Assembly (NCBI GenBank): GCA_012862495.1
Contig: BLSG01000310.1
Coordinates: 77,312 to 141,311 of the forward strand
Direction of reading: 5' to 3'
Source: Thraustochytrium aureum
Lineage: Eukaryota
Length of the DNA stretch: 64,000 nt
Part shown: piece by piece, positions 36,101 to 45,338 of the stretch
Layout: every line of letters starts with the position of its first letter
Numbering within the stretch: position 1 is the first letter of the stretch
Translations under genes and position numbers: made by a program
Notes under the pieces: generated by a model
What the model saw: only the letters and a program-made list of their open reading frames with translations
What the model was told of the DNA's origin: nothing
The model's database searches: none

Positions 36101-39100
36101 ATGATTCGCAGAATGTGGCCGAGCAGCTGGTGGAAGCAGAGATAAGGCCACACGGGCATCGCCGCGTTGCTTGCGAGGGTGGCGAGCGTATCGAGCGCAA
36201 CGCGACGCTTGATCGCCGTGGACGCCGACCTCTCATCCAAGATCTCGACGATGATCGGCAACACCTTGCCCAGGAGCGGGGAGAGCGTTTTCTCGTCGCC
36301 TACTCTGGCGACCTCTCCGAGCGTGGCGAGCATCGCCGTCGCGACGCCTTTACGAACAAAGTTGATCTTTGGCAAAAGTGTGTCGATGATCGGCGCGATG
36401 TGCGGGCGCGCAAGGCTGGGCCCCACCGAGCGAACCAGCACGCCGAGGAGCACTACCGATTCCTCGCGCTGCTTGGACTCTACAGAAAAGTTGAGCTCGT
36501 TTAAGAGGCGCAACAAGACGTTGTTGATGCAGGGCATGACAAACTTGGGGGACCGCACAGCAATTTTGCCGAGCGCCTCGACGGCCATTGCGCGGATGTA
36601 AAAGTCCTGGTCGTTGGAGAGAACCAGGAAGGACCTCATGCTCTCTGGATCGGTGAGCAGCACGCCAGCAAATCGGGCGCTGAGGTCCTCTATCACGGCG
36701 CGGCGCAGTGCCACGTCGTCGTCCGTCATGGCCACCATCACCAAGCGTTTGAGCCGTGCTGCACTGCCTCTTGCGCCGTTTCTGCTGCGGCGTGGGCCGA
36801 CTGCGCGAGTTGCCGGGCAAGAATTCCGACGCAGGCCCGCGCGGCCTCAAGTCGGATCGCGGCTTCTGGCGAGCCGAGGTGGCGGAGGACGACTCCGCAG
36901 ACCACCGGAATGAGGTTGACGCCACGGAAGTTGAAGGTGGCCAAGGTTCGCAGGGCTAGGGCCTGCATTTCGCTGTCCGGGTCCTTGTCGTCGTACTTGT
37001 CCTTGTCCGCGGCTCGCACGATCGGGGCCGGAGGAGCGTTGGAGCCCGAGAGCCAGCTCGCGGCCAGGCCCTTGAGGTCGCGCCAGGCCTCGCGTACAGA
37101 GCTCTTGCCAGTGTCTCCGGAGGCGCGCTGAGCCGTGCTGTCGGCTCGCGTTGACCGGGCCTGGCTGACGGCGCTTGGTGCGCTGCTGATGGCGCCGCGG
37201 ATTTGCCGCGAGCCGGAGCGGAGGCCGCCCCCGTCGTTGGCGTTGTCTTCTTGCAAAGTTTGCCGCACTGCTTGCTTGATCTGCTTTTCCTGTTCAGCTC
37301 GCTGGAAGTCGCGGTTGCGTTTGCCGCCACGAATCGCCGAGACCATCAGGATTTGCGTTAGCTCCTGCAGCAGGCGCGCTTGGATCGGAGCCAGGCTCTC
37401 TGGCACGTAGCGGCAGAGAACCTCTAGTGCCTGAACGAGCGATTGGCTCAAGCCGCCGTTGAACATCGCGGGGATCATGCCGAGCAGAAACTCGTCGCCC
37501 CCCAGGTGGGGCTGGACCTGGCACGACTGCATGATCAAGCGCATGCAGTCGAGGGCCTCTCGGCAGAACACCCACTTGCCGTCTGGAGTGAGCCCGTCCT
37601 TGATTAGCTCAAACGCGCTGCGAATATACTTGGAGAAAGGTTGCGATGCGCGCGAGTTCAGGGTGCTCATGAGCCCGAGTGCTGTGAATGCAGCGCGCCG
37701 CGACTCCACGCGGCCGTTTCTAGTGGCCGAGTTTGAAGCCTTGCTCGACTTTGCGCTACCTCCTGGCGTCGCGGCTGGGGTGCTGAACGGGCTTTGGCTC
37801 TGGGAGGCGAAGGCCAAAGTCGCCGACGGGAGGGATCTCGACAGTCGGGATGGCAGGTCCGGCCGAGCGCGCCAGCGCTTCGCTGCCAGCGCTCCTGATT
37901 TGCACCGGGGTGTGCGGCGCTGAGCCGACGGACCCCGCCCGTGCCGTCCGCGGCGAGCCCGCGGGCGAAAGTGCGGCCCACGCATCTGACGTCCAGGATT
38001 CCACCGCCGCTGTCGCGCCGCTGCCCGTGGCGGCCAAGCCGCCGCTCGAAGCCGCCGAGAGTAAGTGTGAGACGGCCATGTCAAAAAACATGTTGAAAGT
38101 GGCCTCGTCGGGGCAGCGAAGTGCAAAGCGCGGAAGGATCATCATGACCGCCTCGCGGATCAGCGGGTCTGGGTGCTCGCGGATCTCCAAGCGCCAGAGG
38201 CAGCCGTAGAAGACATCGTCAAACCTGTATTGGAGAAACTTGCCGATCGACTCCCCGACAAGCTCGTACAGCACGAGCAGGGCGCCGTGGATGGCGCTGG
38301 TGCTGCGGTACGAGAACGGCGCTCCAGGGCTGTTGTCGCTCTCGATCCCGGGGGCTCCGCGCGGCGACTGGGAGATGCTGCGTCGTAGGTTGGTGAAGCG
38401 GCGCGAGAGCGGCGAAGACCGCGAGGCGAGGGCCCCGAGGGGCGGAAACTCGCTGCGAGCCTGGTCGTATATTGGGACGTAAACACTTGAGATCTGCCGA
38501 CTGTCGCGCTGGGCGACGACGCGCAGCACGTGGCGCAGCGCTAGCGCGGCCGCGGTGCGCATCCCGGCTTGCTATCGCATAGCGGGTTGTAGATGCAAGC
38601 CAACACAGAGTCGGCGAAGCTGTTGAAATAAGTCGGCGAGCTCCGGGCAAACTCGCTCAGAGATAGCGCAGAGGCGTACCGTCGCATCTCGGGCGAGTTG
38701 CGGTCGGAGAGCGACTCGATGGCGCGCCCCACCTCAAAGTCCATAAATACGGTGGTCTCAATGCCAGGGCCTTGGTTTAGCTCGCCGAGGATGTGCGTTG
38801 CCATTTCGATCGTCTCCATGCTGCTGTTTGAGTCGGACGCTGGCAGTCGGCCCGTGGACTGCTGTGTGATGATGATTTGCAGCTGATTGAAAAACGCGAT
38901 GTGCCTGTTGGTGATCTCTTCGTGCTGGATGCCAACGAGTTCTGCGATCAAGATTGTGCAGGCGAGGCTGTCGTTGGCGCTGGAGCTGTTCGCCCACTTT
39001 TCGATTCGTTCTGCGATCGAGGATAGGACCAGCTTGAAGCTCTCGCGCGAGCGGCTGCGGGCTTCCTGCTCGAGGTACCGCCTAATTTTGCTCGCGGCAA

Positions 39101-39206
39101 GGTTGCGTTCGTTCTTGTCCTTGGACCGGAGGCCCTCCAGGGACTTTTGCATCGTGTCTTGGGGCTTGCCGCCCGAGTAGAGTCTATCATACAGCGAGGT
39201 ATACAT
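27171..39206 (-). CDS. TOR: Target of rapamycin kinase (HEAT-FAT-FRB-PIKK-FATC), ~4000 aa, several frame breaks in the 5' third
   Basis: WMRRFALELLRQSP, ELFNAAFLSCW, AKALRYKELEF, LQDILRLLSLWF, FRB LWHEKW..LEEASR, LLKGNEDLRMDERVMQ, GLGDRHPSNLM, HIDFGDCFE, VPFRLTRM, FATC. HEAT region spans ORFs 38541..39551, 37756..38562, 36738..38126 and 35464..36744. Confidence 0.95.
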
Positions 39207-39575
39207 GGCGCCGCGTCCCTCTGCGGCTGCTGAGAGCACGCCGCCCCAGGGCGGCTGCAACCGCCGCAAGAACTNNNNNNNNNNNNNNNNNNNNNNNNNN
39301 NNNNNNNNNNNNNNNNNNNNNNNNNNNNNNNNNNNNNNNNNNNNNNNNNNNNNNNNNNNNNNNNNNNNNNNNNNNNNNNNNNNNNNNNNNNNNNNNNNNN
39401 NNNNNNNNNNNNNNNNNNNNNNNNNNNNNNNNNNNNCGCCTGCCCTCCTGCTGTCTCCCTCTCCTGCTTTCCTGCCGGAGAATCCAGCCACCGCACACGA
39501 ACAAGAAGAACTATTCATTCGAAGCGCCGCTCTCTGTCCACCCCAACACACGCAGCATTCCAGTGATCACCTCGA

Positions 39576-39802
39576 AAATCCAAGTGACCCCTCGCGACTC
39601 CTGTCCTTGCGCGCGTTTCGTTCTGCTACAATTCAAGTGACTTTTGAGAACAAAATCAAAACCCGCACTCCAAGGAGAGGGGCGTTGCCACAATTCAAGT
39701 GACCTTTGTTGGCGTTGAGCGGGGTGCTGTTTGCTTCAATTCAAGTGACCTTGTGGGGCTCTACATCGCTGCCCTGCGGACCTTTTCTACAATTCAAGTG
39801 AC
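39576..39802. promoter_or_regulatory. Array of spaced 13-bp direct repeats CAATTCAAGTGAC in the TOR/SelT divergent intergenic region
   Basis: Exact copies at 39629, 39691, 39737 and 39790; degenerate AAATCCAAGTGAC at 39576. Regulatory role is inferred from position. Confidence 0.65.
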
Positions 39803-40055
39803 ACGTCCGGGTAGTGCCAGTACCTCTGTAGGCCGATTGCAATCTCGCCGGGTATTTCAACGCTCCATCCGCAAAGTGCGCCTCCCTCCATATCACAACA
39901 TCCTCATTCTATCCTGCCTCCATCCTTTAACATCACCTGCCGAGCGCGCAACGTACGTGACCCTCTATTTACTCGCTCCTTTGTTAATTCTCGGTATGTT
40001 TTAGGTATTGCGGGCCAGAGCCTCGGGCAATTCAGTTCGTTCGTTGCACACGCGA

Positions 40056-40056
<1 letters not shown>

Positions 40057-40090
<34 letters not shown>
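40057..40090. repeat. (AGGC)n microsatellite upstream of SelT
   Basis: Seen directly. Confidence 0.9.
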
Positions 40091-40142
40091 TAGAGCGCCT
40101 CTTGAGGCAGACCCCGAACGCGCGGGGCGGAGCAGGAGCAGG

Positions 40143-40880
40143 ATGCGGGCGGCGCGACTGGCCGCGGCGGCTGCGGCGCTCTTGCTGGCGGCGACGACGC
40201 TGGACGGGGAGGCCGGACTGGTGCTGGCGGCGGGAGCGGACGACGATGCGTTTGTGGACGACGGGTTTGGCGACGACGGCGACGGCGTGATGGAGGCGGA
40301 CGACGACCTAGACGGGTTTGGAGGCGGCGAGGACGGCGCCGGGCTCGTCGGGGACGGCGAGCTGGCCGCAGGGCAGGTCGGCTTGGCCTCCGGCGGGCCG
40401 AAGGTGTTCGTGGCGTTTTGCACCTCGTGAAACTACGCGAAAAATTATGTAGCTCTGAGGCAGTATCTGGAGAGGCACTATGCGCCTCTCCGGGGAAATG
40501 TCAACGGCGGGAACTACCCCGCCCCTATGTACGCACAGGTGCTGTCGAAGGCGGCCATGTACGTGCAGATCAGCGGCGTCGGCCTCCTCCTCTTCTCTGG
40601 CCCGCTGTTCCAGGCGCTCGGCTACCAGCAGCCGCCAGATTGGGTCAATCAGCTGCGCGAGAACCAGCTGCAGGTCTTCATGGGCTTGTTCGTGCTGAGC
40701 TCTGTCTCGCAAAACCTAGCCTCGACGGGTGCTTTCGAGATCATGCTTAACGGTAAGACGCTATTCTCCAAGCTAGAGACCGGCCGCATGCCCACACTTG
40801 ATGAGATTGTAAGTCTCTTGCAGGACGCGGGCCTGGAGCGCTCTGGCGTAGCGGGCTCGTTTGAAGACCGCTCTATCTAG
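40143..40880 (+). CDS. SELENOT: Selenoprotein T-like (Rdx family) with in-frame UGA = Sec at 40428-40430
   Basis: ORFs 40008..40430 and 40527..40880 share a frame with only the TGA between them. Translation: signal peptide...VFVAFCTS-U-NYAKNYVALRQYLERHY...VNGGNYP...hydrophobic segments...LASTGAFEIMLNGKTLFSKLETGRMP. CxxU, GxNYP and TGAFEI/SK motifs match SelT. Confidence 0.93.
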
Positions 40881-40983
40881 ACCTGGCGCCGCGGTGCCGT
40901 GCTTTTGTTCCGAAAAGGCCGCAAGCCTGGCCCAGGTGTGGCTTCGCCGCCGCCGCTCAGTGCGTGGTCGCCTGCAACAAATA

Positions 40984-41045
40984 ATGACGGCGCTGCTCCT
41001 AAAGCTATCTCGGTTCTACGAACTGGGGAGGGGCAGCAGCCCGAT
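40984..41045 (+). promoter_or_regulatory. Eukaryotic SECIS element (type 2)
   Basis: ATGAC core / 12-bp helix GGCGCTGCTCCT:AGGGGCAGCAGCC (one bulged A) / unpaired AAA / apical mini-helix TCTCGGTTC-TAC-GAACTGGGG / CGAT core, 104 nt after the stop. Paired by hand. Confidence 0.88.
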
Positions 41046-41430
41046 CGTGGTCGTCCAGTCGGGGGTTCGTGCTAGTGCGCTTGCGTTTGGTATTGCCGTT
41101 CTGCCCTTTTCGTTCGTCATGAACTGGAAACGGAAAAAATTGCTGCCTCAGAGCTGCGCAAGCGCACCCGCACGGAACATGCCCCCCCGCCGTCTCTCGA
41201 CGCTCTGTGGCGTCTTGTTTGACGGGGCGACCTGTTTGCTTTGGCGACTTTGCGATGCGTGCGGCCGCAGCCGCGGAAGGGCTGGTCTCGCTCACCTTCG
41301 GCTCAACCCCCGCGCCATGGACACGAGTCGTGGGCCGAGCGACGGGTTTGAGGAGAACAAATGCGAAATTTATCAACCATAAAATGGGCAGTGCAGTTCC
41401 CGAGCCACTTTCTGCATCGCCCTGACTGCG

Positions 41431-43873
41431 CTAAATAGTGGCAATTGTCGCCTTGAGAGCCTGCATCCAGCGCGCACAGTCCTCCGCCGAGTCGCACTCG
41501 GCCACGAGAGATCGCTTGAATCCCCGGACGAACCGGAGCTCGAAGCACCTGGCGTCGCTGCCCCACTCAAGAACCTCTGAGCCAGGGAGCAGCGTGGCAA
41601 CGCCCTTCGCGCGCACGTCGCCCTGGTTCTCATAATAGGCCAAGTTGATGCCGTGCAGGGAGAAAAACCGGCGTTTCCAAACCATCGCCATCGTGCTCGA
41701 GATCGCCCGCTTGCGCATGTAGCCCTCGACGACCGGCCGCTCCTCTGCCTTGCTGCTCGACTCGTCTTGGCCGTTGCTGCCGCAAAGGCGNNNNNNNNNN
41801 NNNNNNNNNNNNNNNNNNNNNNNNNNNNNNNNNNNNNNNNNNNNNNNNNNNNNNNNNNNNNNNNNNNNNNNNNNNNNNNNNNNNNNNCATGCGACGGGGC
41901 CGTCGACCCCGCGCTTCTTGCTGGCGCACGCGACGAGCGCGTCTTGAGCGTCGATTTGTTGCTCGAGCCGTTCCGCCGCAACGCGCAAGCCTCACTCTCG
42001 CTCTCAAGCATGGCAGCGCCGCTGGACCCGTCCTTCGAAACCTTGAAGCCGAGCCTGCGAGTGGCGCTTGCAAAGCGCATGCAAGCGTCCGTGCAAAACT
42101 CCCCAGCGACAAAGTCGCTCTTCACCTGGGCCCCGCACATCGAGCAGGCACCGAGGCCGTCGCTGGCGTTCAGGACTTGCGCCCTCGACCATGCTGCGAC
42201 GCTTTGCAAGCTCCACTCTGGGGGGACCTTGCGCAACGGCGAAACAAACTCTGCGCGGTCTTGCTCCATCTCTGCAAGAACGCGCTTAGCAATAGCCGTG
42301 AAGTGAGGCGCAGCTGGCGTGTGGACCTGCTGAGCCCTGTCCGTCGTCGCCTCGTCGCACTTCGTCTCGTAGTGGCTTTCAAAGCCGTCCGTATCGTCTT
42401 GCTCGTCCCAAGACCCTCGAGGTGGAGGCGGAGGGATCATGCTTGACCGGAGCCGGCTCTGCCGCGTCGCGCCGCTCGATGGCGACGGTGGCGACTTGTC
42501 CACGGGTTCGCGCTTTTTCGTGCCCTGGAGTGCGGTCTTGGCTTGCAATAGGTCCCTTGGAGAAAAGGGGCTGGTTTTGCGTGCCGGCAGAGGCGGCGCT
42601 GCGTTCGGCTCGCTCGCTGGCTTGCTTTGCGCTTGCTCGCCGCTTGACTTGCTTCGTTTTCGGTCTCTCCGCGCGAACCTGTCCCGCGACGGAGCCACCG
42701 GCGGCTTGAGGGAAGAGACCCCGCCATTGCCATTGTCTCGCGACTTTGAGCGCTGGAGCGAAGTCTTGGCCAGTTTGAGCTCTGCCGGGGAGAATGGCCG
42801 CGCATCTCGACTGGGTTGTGCTCCGGCGCCGGATGAATCCGTCTCGTTCGGTGGCAGAGGGCCAGGCGTAGCAGGTGCTGTGGTTGGCCTTGCAGCTTTG
42901 GCGACTCCTCTTTCTCGAACGGGAAGGCGCTCTGCGCCCGTGCAAGGGCGATCGTTGGCTCCTTGACTGCCCCTTGCGGCATCTTTGGAGGACCCTCCTG
43001 TGCGCTGCCCAATATAGTTTATTGGGCCTTCGCTCGCCCTGACGATGGTTGGCGCTCCTGCGCTTGTCCCAGAGCGCGAAGGCGAGCCGATAGCATTGGT
43101 GGTTGCCGTCCCAGCCTGCGGGTCGTCGCCGATGCTGGAGCGTCGCAAGCTTGAACGCTTGGCAGCCTGGTCCGTTTTGCGGAGGTTTTTACGCATTGCA
43201 GCGACCATGGCCGGATTAAACATGCCGCCGTCTCCTGGCGACGACGCCGTTCTGCCCTGCACATGCTCGTTACCGTTGCCGCTGGCACTTGACGTTCCAG
43301 TTCTATTGCTACTCTTCTTCAGTCCGCTGCGCAGATTTTGGAGGTCTTGGGGCGAGAAGGCCGGCCCGCCACCGGCACCTTTGCCACTGGCGCTTGTCCC
43401 TGTGCTGCTTTTGGCCCTTGGGTTGTCGACTGCAGGGCCGCCGCCGTTTCTCCTCGTTCCGGCCGGTTTTAAACCAGCTTTGCCGCTCAGGAGGAGCTCT
43501 GCAGAGAGGATTCCGCCCCTCGCTTGGCCCACCTTTTCCCTGCCCTCGTCGGTGGCCCGAAGTCCGCCATCAAGCGCCCTTCGACCAGGTTGTAGTGCAG
43601 GGCTTTTCAGCCCTGATGTTGGCCCGCGACTGGCAGACTTGAGCCCGAGCCGGCCTGCGAGAGCATATCAGCGGAAGGCAACCCACCTAAACCACCATGG
43701 CCTGGTTTCGCTTCAGCACTTCCCAGGCGGCTCTTCGCTTTCAGTAGATCTCCTGGCGAGAACGGGCGGTGCCCGCCGCTCTCGGCCGCGCTTGCTGCCT
43801 TTCCCGCTGCTTTGCCCGGGTTGGCTTTGCAATGCCCGTGCGAGGCGGCTTCGCCGTCGTTGCTCGACACCAT
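41431..43873 (-). CDS. Low-complexity protein with ~7 WH2-like motifs, Pro-rich tracts, a C4 zinc finger and a C-terminal PH domain (frame break ~43650, gap; start uncertain)
   Basis: PH: VVEGYMRKR...WKRRFFSLHGINLAYY...SAEDCARWMQALK. Zinc finger: CSMC..FCTDAC. Repeated FSPxDLxxAKxxLxx motifs. Confidence 0.7.
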
Positions 43874-44270
43874 TCTCCTCCGCGGGCCGGCTCCGTTGCC
43901 AGCGGCACAGCCACAGCCACAGCCACTTGCACTGGATTCAGCTCGAAGCTCGACAGGTAGAGTACTGTGGCGGCCGGGCCCCGCCTTTGCGCTCGGACAA
44001 CTTGTTGCTAGGGGTTGCCCGGGCCCGGTCACAGCGACGCGATGTCAGCCCTAACGAGCCTGAATGCCAGACACGGTAGCTGCGCGAGTTCGTCCTCTGC
44101 AGTCCAGGCTGCTCGGCTTCCGCCTGGTGCCACCCACGCCTCTGGCTCGCCTGCGCGATGTGCAGCTTCGAGCTTTGCACGAGGAGCTAAGGACATGCAG
44201 ATCTCTTGCTTGGCCAGGCCAGACTTGTCACGCCGTGCCGATGCCTCGCCCTCAACGCCCCGTTGCGCGC

Positions 44271-44359
44271 GAGATGTGGCACGACTCGGGATGTGGCACG
44301 ACTCGAGATGTGGCGCACTACCGACTCGGGACGTGGCGCGACTCGGGATGTGGCGCACT
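44271..44359. repeat. 17-bp minisatellite G(A/G)GATGTGGCACGACTC, ~5 degenerate units
   Basis: Seen directly. Confidence 0.85.
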
Positions 44360-45338
44360 GTAGACAAGCTCGAGCCTGTCGAGACAAAGTNNNNNNNNNN
44401 NNNNNNNNNNNNNNNNNNNNNNNNNNNNNNNNNNNNNNNNNNNNNNNNNNNNNNNNNNNNNNNNNNNNNNNNNNNNNNNNNNNNNNNNNNNNNNNNNNNN
44501 NNNNNNNNNNNNNNNNNNNNNNNNNNNNNNNNNNNNNNNNNNNNNNNNNNNNNNNNNNNNNNNNNNNNNNNNNNNNNNNNNNNNNNNNNNNNNNNNNGTC
44601 GAGACAAAGTGTTCCAGAACCCCACTTCGGCGTGGTTCTGGAGGCAGGCGGCGCGGAGCTCGGCGCCCAGCGCGGCAGATGCCTCTGAGGATCTTGGTGT
44701 CCTGGACGTCGGCGGAGGCCTGATCAGTAAAACAGAGGTTCGTCAGCGGACGTTCGAGCCAGCGCAGGAAAGCCCAGCGCGCCGACTCGCCAACCGTGCT
44801 CTACCTGCCTCCACCGGCAGCCCTGCGCGCGCGAATCCGGGACCAATCCACCAGCAAGAGAATGTGCCAGTGCCGCCTGTACAAAACAGAGGGCAGGCGC
44901 GGGACGTGGGCTGGGAACAGAAGCGATTTGTCCGTTGCGAATTGAGGATCTTGGCGCGGAGCCCACGACCTTCGCCGCGGCTGCTCTCGAGGCGCTCATC
45001 AGAGTGCGGCTGGGGGCGACTGTTTCTGAACAGCGTGATTTTGTATCGCGCGGGCAGTGCATCTTTGCTTCGTGCTCTGGTTCTTTGCAGCGCGCGGCCT
45101 TGCTTTTGCCGCTCGTGACTGGCGCGGAGTGCTTGCATACCTCAACCCCACTTGCGCATCGGCCAAGTGCTTTTTGAAGAGGGATTGACATTGAGGCCAC
45201 TGTTGAGCTGGCGCTTGCAGTCACGGTCGAGTCCAAGGCGCCACGCGAACCGCAGGACAACGGCAGACGCCTGCGCGGTGAGAAGCACGCCGAACGGGCC
45301 AAGCGCGCGTGTGGTGCGGCCGAAGCGCGTGGAAAGTG

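Noticed and set aside
35464..39206. TOR, G-alpha and cyclase as pseudogenes
   Set aside because: Catalytic motifs are intact and the breaks are isolated single-base indels, consistent with assembly error.
39576..39802. CRISPR array interpretation of the repeat-spacer cluster
   Set aside because: Repeats are only 13 bp, spacer lengths are irregular, no cas genes are present and the context is eukaryotic. Kept as a regulatory-array finding.
44598..45338. Second TGA-readthrough candidate at 45175 upstream of AK9
   Set aside because: No redox motif or SECIS seen; may be a frame-broken 5' extension of AK9 or noncoding.
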